A stretch of DNA of 64,000 nucleotides, taken from assembly GCA_047638715.1 (NCBI GenBank), contig JBLIMK010000001.1, positions 32,729-96,728 on the forward strand. The letters are read 5' to 3'. A program made the position numbers and the translations under genes. Source of the stretch: Verrucomicrobiales bacterium. GTDB lineage: Bacteria > Actinomycetota > Acidimicrobiia > Acidimicrobiales > SHLQ01. This document shows, piece by piece, positions 31,357 to 39,880 of this stretch; the stretch's first letter is position 1, and every line of letters starts with the position of its first letter. The notes under the pieces were generated by a model. It saw only the letters and a list, made by a program, of their open reading frames with translations, was not told the origin of the DNA and did no database searches.

Positions 31357-31722
31357 TTATTCCACCGGTGTGTCTTGGCTGAACGTGTTGAGCCACTGAT
31401 CGTCGAAACGTTGCCACAGCGAACTGATGTACATCTGCTTCTCGGCGGTGTCTCCAGCAGAAACGAAGGTCGCGAGGTAGGCCAACATGATGGCGTCCTC
31501 TGTGACGTCGAAGGTCCGGGCCTCGTCGATGCTGTAGCTCGCCATCGTCGGTCCATCGGCGAGCTGCTCGGCGTGTTCGTCCCGATCGGCGAAACCCGAT
31601 GGGTAAACCCCGAGGAAGTCGGTGGTGAGCCGGGAGCGATCGGCGGCTCGATCGCCCGCAACGAGCGCATCCCACACCCCGGTCTCGAGACCGACGAAAA
31701 ACTCGACGTCGCGCAACGTCAC
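31357..31722 (-). CDS. NTF2-like/SnoaL-DUF4440-like small protein
   Basis: 121 aa with the size and alternating pattern typical of NTF2-fold proteins. Its GTG start overlaps the fbiC stop (GTGA). Confidence 0.6.
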   Translation of the reverse strand: MTLRDVEFFVGLETGVWDALVAGDRAADRSRLTTDFLGVYPSGFADRDEHAEQLADGPTMASYSIDEARTFDVTEDAIMLAYLATFVSAGDTAEKQMYISSLWQRFDDQWLNTFSQDTPVE

Positions 31723-34091
31723 ACGGTGACTAGTTCGGTTGCGCCGTCATCGAGTCCATCGATGAGGTCATAGCGCGTATTCCGCTGTCGGAGAACCCGT
31801 CCGAGGGGCGCAATTGCTTCGGCGAAGTCGTCGCGGGTGAGGGCGGTGCCATGAGATGCGCCAGCGGCTCGACTGATGTTCTCGTCGATCAGCGTTCCGC
31901 CGAGATCGTTCACGCCAGCGTGCAAGAGCTGCGTGGCGCCCTCGACGCCGATCTTGGGCCACGAGGCTTGGATGTTGTGGATCCAGCCGTGGTACGCAAT
32001 ACGAGCAACGGCATGCATGAGCAGCGTCTCGCGATATGTCGGTCCTCGACGCGATCGGCGCCGCAAATAGATTGGCGAGGCCATGTGCACGAATGGGAGC
32101 GTGACGAACTCGGTGAAGCCGCCGGTCTCCTTTTGTAGGTCGCGTGTCCGCACAATGTGCTTCGCCCAATGGGTTGGATTCTCGACAGCACCAAACATGA
32201 TGGTGACGTTCGAACTCAGCCCGACGCGGTGAGCGAGCCGGTGCGCTTCGAGCCACTCTTCGGTGTTGACTTTGTCCGGGCAGAGGATGGCGCGAACCTC
32301 GTCGTCGAGGATTTCCGCCGCCGTGCCAGGCAAGGACTTCAACCCTGCATCACGCAATCGGGTGAGGTAACTCTCGAGCGGCTCGTTCAGACGTTTCGCT
32401 CCTTCGGTGACCTCGAGCGCTGTGAAACCGTGAATGTGAATATCGGGCGCGGCCTGATGCACGGCATGGATCACGTCGATGTAGTAATCGCCATCAAAGT
32501 CGGGATGGATGCCGCCTTGGAGGCAGACCTCGGTTGCACCCATTTCGGCTGCTTCAACGACTCGTTCCGCCATGTCGTCGAGCGTCAATAGGTAGGGAGC
32601 GCCCCGCAGATTCAGCGAGAGCGGGCCCTTCGAGAAACCACAGAACTGGCACTTGAAGGTGCACACATTGGTGTAGTTGATGTTGCGATTGGCCACATAG
32701 CTGACCACGTCGCCGTTCACAGAAGCGCGAAGTTCATCTGCGAGATTCGCGACGGCCGCGACCTCTGCACCGCGAGCACTGAACAGGTCGGCGATCTGGG
32801 GAACATCGAGCTCCTCACCCGCACGAGCAGCTGCGAGAATTTCCGCGATCTTGCCCCTCGCCGAACCAACGGATGGCAGGAGGGTCATCGGCATGGTGTC
32901 GGCCCCCGAATACCAGGCTGTCGACCGCTCGCCGATGAGCAACACTTCAGCTCCATCGGTGACTTTCGCGTTCTCCATTGTCTTCTCGGGAAACACAGCG
33001 CCCGGGTCGTCTCGGCCCATGCCCTCTGCGTCGGCACGATCCATGATGGGAAAGTGAAGCGCGGTATCGAACCAACGTTCCCGATCTTGCACGAATTCGG
33101 GGTGGGCGGTGAGGCGCGGAGCGAGCACGAATCCGGCGCCGGTTAGGGCCTCAGCAATATCGTCGATCTGCGGCCACGGACGTTCTGGATTGACATGATC
33201 GATGGTCACGGGTGAAATCCCTCCGAGGTCATCGATTCCCGCAGCGACCAAAGAGGCCACGTCTTCGGTGAGGTTCGGTGGAGCTTGAACGTGCACATCG
33301 GCCGGGAGAATTAGTCGAGCGAGCGAGATCGCGTCGAGATGCACATCGGTCGGACACGTTGGATCGCGATGCATCCGAGTGCCGTTCTTCGGGAGGAAGT
33401 TCTGCACGATCACCTCCTGCACGTGACCATGCGCTCGGTGACTGTCGGCGATCGCCTCTAGCGCCGCGATTCGATCGTCGCGGTCTTCGCCGATGCCCAC
33501 GAGGATCCCCGTTGTGAACGGGATGGCGAGTTTGCCGGCAGCATCGAGGGTTTCGAGACGCCGAGCTGGCACCTTGTCGGGTGAGCCGGTATGGCATTCG
33601 AGGTCATCGCGCAGGCTTTCGATCATCATGCCTTGCGACGGCGAGACCTCTCGGAGCATGGCGAGCTCATCTGCGTAGAGAGCGCCAGCGTTTGCGTGGG
33701 GGAGTAGCCCGGTTTCTGTCAGGACCAGTTCCGCAGCGGCCCGCAGATATTCGATCGTGCTGGCGAACCCGTTTTCATCAAGCCACTCACGCGCCGCTGG
33801 GTAGCGGAGCTCAGGGCGCTCGCCCAGGGTGAAGAGGGCTTCGTGGCAGCCAACCCGGGCGCCCTTCTTGGCGATCTTTAGGACCTCCGAGAGCGGCATA
33901 TATGGCGCCTCGACGCGCGCCGGAGGTTCGGCGAATGTGCAGTATCCGCAGCGGTCTTGGCAGAGCTTCGTCAGCGGTATGAAAACCTTCGGTGAGTAGG
34001 TGATGCGCGTGCCCGTCTGGGCGTCGCGGATATCCCTCGCACGAGCCGCGAGTTCCTCGCCGATGGGGTAGAGGGCAGGGTTTGTTGTCAT
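31719..34091 (-). CDS. fbiC: Bifunctional FO synthase (CofG/CofH fusion), F420 chromophore biosynthesis
   Basis: Two radical-SAM CxxxCxxC motifs (CQDRCGYCTF and CTFKCQFCGF). About 790 aa from the ATG at 34091 (MTTNPALYPIG). The longer ORF-track N-terminus overlaps the hxlR gene. Confidence 0.92.
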   Translation of the reverse strand: MTTNPALYPIGEELAARARDIRDAQTGTRITYSPKVFIPLTKLCQDRCGYCTFAEPPARVEAPYMPLSEVLKIAKKGARVGCHEALFTLGERPELRYPAAREWLDENGFASTIEYLRAAAELVLTETGLLPHANAGALYADELAMLREVSPSQGMMIESLRDDLECHTGSPDKVPARRLETLDAAGKLAIPFTTGILVGIGEDRDDRIAALEAIADSHRAHGHVQEVIVQNFLPKNGTRMHRDPTCPTDVHLDAISLARLILPADVHVQAPPNLTEDVASLVAAGIDDLGGISPVTIDHVNPERPWPQIDDIAEALTGAGFVLAPRLTAHPEFVQDRERWFDTALHFPIMDRADAEGMGRDDPGAVFPEKTMENAKVTDGAEVLLIGERSTAWYSGADTMPMTLLPSVGSARGKIAEILAAARAGEELDVPQIADLFSARGAEVAAVANLADELRASVNGDVVSYVANRNINYTNVCTFKCQFCGFSKGPLSLNLRGAPYLLTLDDMAERVVEAAEMGATEVCLQGGIHPDFDGDYYIDVIHAVHQAAPDIHIHGFTALEVTEGAKRLNEPLESYLTRLRDAGLKSLPGTAAEILDDEVRAILCPDKVNTEEWLEAHRLAHRVGLSSNVTIMFGAVENPTHWAKHIVRTRDLQKETGGFTEFVTLPFVHMASPIYLRRRSRRGPTYRETLLMHAVARIAYHGWIHNIQASWPKIGVEGATQLLHAGVNDLGGTLIDENISRAAGASHGTALTRDDFAEAIAPLGRVLRQRNTRYDLIDGLDDGATELVTV

Positions 34092-34555
34092 GCGGACTCC
34101 AATTGAGAATCTGTATTGCTTCGATTGCGGCGAATGGCCGTGGCGTCCACGACCTCGCCACATTTGGTGCAGTGGGTGATGTTTTCGATCGGCGCGCCAC
34201 AATCGCCGTGGAGGAGGGTTACCGGTGCCTCACCATCGTTTCGGTGCCGATCACCCCATTGCATCAGCGAGATGAGCACGGCGGAGAGGTCTCGGCCTGC
34301 GTTGGTAAGCCGATATTCGAATCGCACGGGCCGGTCCTGATATTCGACCTTTTCGAGCACGCCCTGGTCGACGAGGCGGCCTAGCCGGGTCGCGAGCAGG
34401 TTCGATGCGATTCCGAGTTCATTGAGTAGGTCGCTAAAGCGGTACGTGCCGCGGAAGACGCCCCGTAGCACGAGGAGCGACCAGCGGTCGCCGATGACAT
34501 CGAGCGCGGCTGAGATTGAGTCGCCATCGTCTTGAATCGGCATTGCGGATCCCAC
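34088..34555 (-). CDS. HxlR-family winged-helix transcriptional regulator
   Basis: Motifs ALDVIGDRWSLLVLRGVFRGTYRFSDLLNELGIASNLLATRLGRLVDQGVLEKVEY. Its stop overlaps the fbiC start (ATGA). Confidence 0.85.
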   Translation of the reverse strand: MGSAMPIQDDGDSISAALDVIGDRWSLLVLRGVFRGTYRFSDLLNELGIASNLLATRLGRLVDQGVLEKVEYQDRPVRFEYRLTNAGRDLSAVLISLMQWGDRHRNDGEAPVTLLHGDCGAPIENITHCTKCGEVVDATAIRRNRSNTDSQLESA

Positions 34556-34579
34556 TGGCCTGCATGTTATGCGGAGTCG

Positions 34580-34594
34580 GTTGCAAACTGCAAC
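34580..34594. promoter_or_regulatory. Perfect palindrome GTTGCA-aac-TGCAAC in the divergent hxlR / hydrolase promoter region (candidate operator)
   Basis: Read directly from the sequence. It sits 25-39 nt from the hxlR start codon inside an unusually AT-rich 122-nt intergenic region. Confidence 0.5.
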
Positions 34595-34677
34595 TGACTA
34601 GATGGATTCAGCAAACCTACAGATTCGTTAGATCATGCATTATGTAGGATTAACCAAACCATCCCAAAGGACCCGAT

Positions 34678-35892
34678 ATGGCCATTCGTTCTCTCCGTAC
34701 TTCCCGCGATGATCAGCAGTGGATGCTCGATCTGGCGCTGAATATGCGCGGGCGAGTGCAGAACTTCGAACGCGATGAATGGGAGACACCCAAGCGGGCC
34801 CACAACTACCGGATGCTGCCAAAGATGTGGCGCGAGAGCGCCGAGCATCATGAGGCGTTGGCCACAACCGCACATCAAGCCGGGCACCACGCGACGGCCT
34901 TCGAACACTACGACAGGGCGATCGAGGCATATCGCATGGGCCAGCACCCGATTTTCTTCGATGAGAACCCGGTCAAGATTGCTATGAACAACAAGCTGGT
35001 CGAGATGGTCGACCAACGAAGCCTTGTCGCGCCGTACCCAATCGAGCGCGTCGAGGTCCCGTTCGATGGGTCGACGATCTCGTGCCTGCTCCACCTCCTC
35101 CCGGACCGCAGGAAGGCGCCTTGTGTCATCTACGTCCCAGGGATGGACCAGACCAAAGAGGTCTTTCCGAAGGGCGTGAACAATCTGGCCATCGCTCGTG
35201 GCATGCACATGATTTCGATGGACGGACCTGGTCAGGGCTCGTCGAATCTCAAGAAGATTCGAGCCGTCGGCGACAACTATGAACGTGCGGGAGCCGCGGT
35301 CATGGACTATCTCGAAACCCGCGAAGAGGTTGATTCGGACAAGATTGGGGTCTACGGCGTCTCGATGGGGAGTTATTGGTCACTTCGGTTGGCCAGCTAC
35401 GACCACCGTCCTGCGGCGCTCGTGAGCGCGGTTGCCTGCTTCAATCCAAACAACACCATTTTCACGCAATCATCTCCGCGTTTCAAGCAGGTGTTCATGT
35501 ACATGGCGGGAATGGAAGATGAGGATGAGTTCGACGAAATGGCCAAGGACATGACCGTGAAGGGTTATGCCGACAAGATCGAATGCCCGACTCTGCTGGT
35601 CGCGGGCGAGTTCGATCCACTCTGCCCGCTCGAAGACGCAATCGAGGTTTATGGCGACTTGACGTGTCGCAAAGAGATGTGGGTAATGGAGAATCAGTTC
35701 CATCCCTTGTGGCACATCGACAACCTCGGCGGGCTCGACTGTCACCACTATGTCCTCGACTGGTTTCGATCGGCTCTCCTCGAAGACACGACCAACGACG
35801 ATCGAATCGCCTATGCGACCGTCGGAGGTGACGGCCCCTTCGGCGATTGCGAATGGGAACCAACCGTCGGACCAGGAGAGGCGTACTTCTAA
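34678..35892 (+). CDS. Alpha/beta-fold hydrolase
   Basis: Nucleophile elbow GVYGVSMGS, a 404-aa architecture and an N-terminal helical cap. The substrate is unknown. Confidence 0.75.
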   Translation: MAIRSLRTSRDDQQWMLDLALNMRGRVQNFERDEWETPKRAHNYRMLPKMWRESAEHHEALATTAHQAGHHATAFEHYDRAIEAYRMGQHPIFFDENPVKIAMNNKLVEMVDQRSLVAPYPIERVEVPFDGSTISCLLHLLPDRRKAPCVIYVPGMDQTKEVFPKGVNNLAIARGMHMISMDGPGQGSSNLKKIRAVGDNYERAGAAVMDYLETREEVDSDKIGVYGVSMGSYWSLRLASYDHRPAALVSAVACFNPNNTIFTQSSPRFKQVFMYMAGMEDEDEFDEMAKDMTVKGYADKIECPTLLVAGEFDPLCPLEDAIEVYGDLTCRKEMWVMENQFHPLWHIDNLGGLDCHHYVLDWFRSALLEDTTNDDRIAYATVGGDGPFGDCEWEPTVGPGEAYF

Positions 35893-35912
35893 GCGCCACC
35901 CAGGCCCAAGTC

Positions 35913-35933
35913 GTGTAAGCCGGGGTCTGACCC
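35913..35933 (+). repeat. 21-nt motif GTGTAAGccgGGGTCTGACCC (copy A, downstream of the orphan ABC ATPase)
   Basis: 18 of 21 positions match copy B at 36755-36775. Contains the internal palindrome GGGTC-T-GACCC. Confidence 0.7.
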
Positions 35934-35959
35934 TTCTTCATACAACTTGCATTGCGTTG

Positions 35960-36715
35960 CTAAGAATCGTGGACGTCGAGCGCGTCCCAAACACGGCTAA
36001 CAGCGGATCGGAACGCTGGCTCGGTCATGGTGTCGAGGGTCCTGGGGCGCCGGATCCCTACGTCGATCGTCTCCACGATCGACGTCGGGGTCGAGCGTGA
36101 CAAAACCGTGATGTGATCCGACAACAGCACCGCCTCTTCGATGTCGTGCGTGACCAAAATGTATGTCCGCGCGTCGAGTTGCCAATGGGTTTCGAATTCG
36201 CGCCACATGTGTCGCTTGCTCATAGCGTCCAAGTGCACGAACGGTTCGTCGAGGAGCGTGACATCTGCGTCGTACGCCATGGCTCTTCCGATCGATGCCT
36301 TCGTCTGTTGTCCCCGCGACAACGTCCCGGGTCGGCGGCGTGACAGTCCTCCTAGGCCCACACGGTCGAGGTTGAACGAACGGATCTTCTCGTACAGCGG
36401 TGCTCTGGACTTGTCGAACTCCACACCGAACCCAACGTTTCGCCCGACGTCCCACCAGGGAAGGAGGGCCGGGTTCTGAAAAACGAGTGCCGTCCGCTGT
36501 GCCGCTCTAGGCGTGCCGACGAGGTCGATCGTGCCGCCTACGGGTTTCTCGAGACCGCTGATCAGTCGGAGGAGCGTCGACTTTCCGCAGCCGCTTGCGC
36601 CGACGATCGAATGCATCGATTGCGATTTAACCGTGAGGTCGAAATCGCGAAAAACCCAATCGGCGCCGCTCGAAGAGGCGAACCCAAAGTTGAGCCCCTG
36701 AACTTCTACATCCAT
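35960..36715 (-). CDS. ABC transporter ATP-binding protein (NitT/TauT-like), with no partner genes adjacent
   Basis: Walker A GASGCGKST, signature LSRGQQ, Walker B TLLDEPF and H-loop THD. No permease or binding-protein gene lies nearby. Confidence 0.9.
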   Translation of the reverse strand: MDVEVQGLNFGFASSSGADWVFRDFDLTVKSQSMHSIVGASGCGKSTLLRLISGLEKPVGGTIDLVGTPRAAQRTALVFQNPALLPWWDVGRNVGFGVEFDKSRAPLYEKIRSFNLDRVGLGGLSRRRPGTLSRGQQTKASIGRAMAYDADVTLLDEPFVHLDAMSKRHMWREFETHWQLDARTYILVTHDIEEAVLLSDHITVLSRSTPTSIVETIDVGIRRPRTLDTMTEPAFRSAVSRVWDALDVHDS

Positions 36716-36754
36716 TGCGGCACCGTACCTCTCATCCTCCAGCGAACGAAAGGT

Positions 36755-36775
36755 GTGTAAGAAAGGGTCTGACCC
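36755..36775 (+). repeat. 21-nt motif GTGTAAGaaaGGGTCTGACCC (copy B, upstream of the orphan ABC ATPase)
   Basis: Same orientation as copy A. Lies in the 79-nt gap between the PhoU-like gene and the ABC ATPase start. Confidence 0.7.
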
Positions 36776-36794
36776 CCGGGTTACATAGGTTGGG

Positions 36795-37472
36795 CTAGTC
36801 GTCGGTGATGTCGGTTTCGCCGTCGTCGAGATAGTCGATGTTCGGCAAGGGCTCGGAGGCGGTGCTCACGACGCCGAGGAGGTTCGCAGCGATCCGTTTG
36901 ACGTAGCGGTAGTAAATGGCTCGCGGCACAGCGTGCCTACCGGGTTTGTCGCTATGGGTGAGATCGTTGATCTTGGTTTGCTGGCCTGTCGTGAGCGCCA
37001 GCACCCGGTCGGCGAAGTCCGCGACTCGTTCGGCATCGGGCTCTGCAAGAAGTTCGGCAGCTTCAGAGAACATCGCCGACACGGTCGTCCGTTCGGCCAT
37101 GAGCTCCTCGGCATCTTCGCCGTCGCCCATGTTCACACCTTCTTCGGCCAGATCGAGAATGTTCTTTGCCTGGTCGCCAATTCGTTCGATCTTCTTGATG
37201 AGGAGGGTGTAACCCATGACCATCCCGATGTCAGCGGCGCCTTGGACGCTGACGTGTACCACCAGATCTGAGCGGATGTCTTGCTCGGCCTGGTTGATCA
37301 GGTGATCGGTATGGCGAACATCTTCGGCCACCGACTCGATACTCGCGCCTCCCAAAAGCGCCAAGGATGCGAGGTCGAAGGAGTGCCTGGCGTCATTGAG
37401 CATGCCGACCGCACGCGTCGCAATGTGTTCCATGCTGTGATCAGACTTCTTGAAAAACGCAAAGACCATCAA
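36795..37472 (-). CDS. PhoU-domain protein
   Basis: Two PhoU-like helical repeats (HTDHLINQAEQDIRSDL and KIERIGDQAKNILDLAEE). It lies 7 nt downstream of the Na/Pi cotransporter gene. Confidence 0.75.
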   Translation of the reverse strand: MMVFAFFKKSDHSMEHIATRAVGMLNDARHSFDLASLALLGGASIESVAEDVRHTDHLINQAEQDIRSDLVVHVSVQGAADIGMVMGYTLLIKKIERIGDQAKNILDLAEEGVNMGDGEDAEELMAERTTVSAMFSEAAELLAEPDAERVADFADRVLALTTGQQTKINDLTHSDKPGRHAVPRAIYYRYVKRIAANLLGVVSTASEPLPNIDYLDDGETDITDD

Positions 37473-37479
37473 GGCCTCC

Positions 37480-38652
37480 TTACCGGAGAACGGTCACTCC
37501 AACGAGTGGAAGGACAATGAAAGTTCCTACCACGTACAACACGGCAATCGTCCGACGCTCCACCGCAATATCGGCCAATTTTTCAGCCGCACGAATTGGA
37601 ACGTCACGAAAGATTGGGATGACATAAAGGAAGAAAATGCCGAGAATGTTGAAGGTCGTGTGCGCCAAACCAACCGTCAGAGCCTCGGGGCTCGACGCGG
37701 CTAGGGCGGCCAACAGGGCGGTGATCGTCGTTCCCACGTTCGCTCCAAGCGTGACGGGGTAGGCGTTGCGAAGCGTGATGACTCCAGCAGCCGAGAGCGG
37801 GATCAAAATCGACGTGGTGATGCTGCTCGACTGCACCGAAATCGTGATGACCATGCCGAGAAGCAAGGCGACAGCGCCGCCTCCCTTGCCGAGGATGGCG
37901 TTGAGCGACCGTTCCACACGGTCAGCGACCAACAACCGCATGTTCTTCGTGATGAAGGTGAGTGCGCTCAAGATGATGATGAGACCCAGGAGCACCATGA
38001 GCGTGCCTTGCCAATTGCCTTCGAGCCCAAGGCCACCGAGCGCGTCCTTGATCCATCCCACAGGCCCCTTCACCCACGCCTTGACCGGGCTCTTCCACTC
38101 CGTGCCGGCCGACCCGACGAGCCGCTCGGAGATCGCCTCGGCAATGTTCGTGATCACGTTCGTGAAGATCTCGAGAGGCAGCAAGATCGCCACCGCCAGC
38201 AGGTTGAAGAAATCGTGCACGGTCGCTGCGGCCAGGGCGCGGCGAAATTCGTTGCTCTGTCTGACGTGCCCGAGCGAGACGAGGGTGTTGGTGACGGTGG
38301 TTCCGATGTTGGCGCCCATGACCATTGGAACCGCATACCGGACCTCGAGCGCGCTGGATGCAACAAGGCCGACAATGACCGAGGTGCTGGCCGAAGATGA
38401 CTGGACCAACACAGTGCCCAAGATGCCGATACACAGTCCCGCAATCGGGTTCGTGACCGCGGAAAACAAACTCTCCTGCGTCTCAGCGCCCATGACCTTG
38501 ATGCCACCCTCGAGCGACGACACGCCGACGAGGAAGATATAAATCAGGAAGACGACGATCGCAGCGCGAGTCGGCGTACGAATGCGGCTTTCGGGAGGGG
38601 GAAGGACGCCCGTAGGAGACACGGCCGGGAGATTACAACGGCCTTTGAGCAT
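37480..38652 (-). CDS. Na+/phosphate cotransporter family protein (NptA-like)
   Basis: Polytopic protein with duplicated QSSS motifs (VLVQSSSASTSVIVGL and ISVQSSSITTSILIPL). Confidence 0.85.
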   Translation of the reverse strand: MLKGRCNLPAVSPTGVLPPPESRIRTPTRAAIVVFLIYIFLVGVSSLEGGIKVMGAETQESLFSAVTNPIAGLCIGILGTVLVQSSSASTSVIVGLVASSALEVRYAVPMVMGANIGTTVTNTLVSLGHVRQSNEFRRALAAATVHDFFNLLAVAILLPLEIFTNVITNIAEAISERLVGSAGTEWKSPVKAWVKGPVGWIKDALGGLGLEGNWQGTLMVLLGLIIILSALTFITKNMRLLVADRVERSLNAILGKGGGAVALLLGMVITISVQSSSITTSILIPLSAAGVITLRNAYPVTLGANVGTTITALLAALAASSPEALTVGLAHTTFNILGIFFLYVIPIFRDVPIRAAEKLADIAVERRTIAVLYVVGTFIVLPLVGVTVLR

Positions 38653-38702
38653 CGTGCAATTCGGTCACGACGCGTCAAAACCGGCGGTCAGCTTCGAGGG
38701 TT

Positions 38703-39797
38703 CTACAGCATCTCGGCGTTGATCTTGAGGCTCGCGATGAGACTCGTGAATGCCTTCTCGAATGAGGCCACGCCCTCGTCTTCGAGCTGCTGAGCAACGT
38801 CGTCGAGGTCGATACCGAGTGCCGCGATCTCAGCCAGGACGGCCTTTGCCTCGTCGACGTTGGCGTCGAGCGTGCGAACGACCGCGCCGTGGTCGAGGAA
38901 GTTGTCGAGTGTCGAGTCGGGGATGGTGTTGACCGTGTCAGGGCCCACGAGTGCATCGACGTACAACGTGTCTGGGTAGGCGTCGTTCTTTGTTGACGTC
39001 GACGCCCACAGCGGACGCTGCACTCGGGCTCCGCGTTCGACGAGGGCGCTCCATCGCGGCCCGTTGAACATCTGCTGAAACGCAACATAGGCAAGCTTGC
39101 CGTTGGCGACAGCGGCCTGGCCACGAAGCGCGAGAGCAGCTTCAGACCCAATGGCGTCGAGACGTTTGTCTATTTCCACGTCGACGCGACTGATAAAGAA
39201 CGACGCAACGCTTGAGATCATGGACAGGTCGCCTTCAGCGGCCTCAAGACCAGAGATATAGGCCTCCATCACATCGCGATACCGCTCGACGGAGAACAAC
39301 AGCGTTACGTTGATGCTTCGTTTCTCAGAGATCATCTGTCCGATCGCGGGCACACCTTCGGCTGTCGCCGGAATCTTCACGTAGAGGTTCGGCTCGTCGA
39401 TGTCATCCCACAGATGGCGAGCGGCAGCTTCAGTCCCGGCCTGATCGCGGGCGAGTCCAGGATCGACCTCGACAGAAACATACCCATCGAGGCCGTCGGA
39501 CTCGTCATAGATCGAACGTGTCAACGCGAGCGCGTCCTCGATGTCGGTCGTGACGAGACCCCAGTAGCTCTCCTCGATGGTCTTGCCTTCGGCGAGAAGC
39601 GAGGTGAACTGTTCGGTGTAGTCGTCGGAGCCTTCGATCGCCTTCTGGAAGATGCTCGGGTTCGAGGTGATGCCGCGCACGCCCTTGTCGAGCCACGCTT
39701 GCATTTCGCCGTTGTGCAGCCAATTGCGGCGAAGATTGTCGAGCCAGGGGCTCTGACCCTGTTCGTTGAACAGATGATGCAACTTGGTTTCGGTCAC
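38703..39797 (-). CDS. tal: Transaldolase (long actinobacterial type)
   Basis: Motifs GITSNPSIFQKAI, VSVEVDP and NLYVKIPAT. 364 aa. Downstream of tkt. Confidence 0.93.
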   Translation of the reverse strand: MTETKLHHLFNEQGQSPWLDNLRRNWLHNGEMQAWLDKGVRGITSNPSIFQKAIEGSDDYTEQFTSLLAEGKTIEESYWGLVTTDIEDALALTRSIYDESDGLDGYVSVEVDPGLARDQAGTEAAARHLWDDIDEPNLYVKIPATAEGVPAIGQMISEKRSINVTLLFSVERYRDVMEAYISGLEAAEGDLSMISSVASFFISRVDVEIDKRLDAIGSEAALALRGQAAVANGKLAYVAFQQMFNGPRWSALVERGARVQRPLWASTSTKNDAYPDTLYVDALVGPDTVNTIPDSTLDNFLDHGAVVRTLDANVDEAKAVLAEIAALGIDLDDVAQQLEDEGVASFEKAFTSLIASLKINAEML

Positions 39798-39880
39798 GGG
39801 ATCTCCTTGAAGTCGAGGGGCGAGGAAGTCGAGAGGGCGAGCGAGGGTTGGAAAGTAGTGCCTTGTGATGGAATGTAGTG

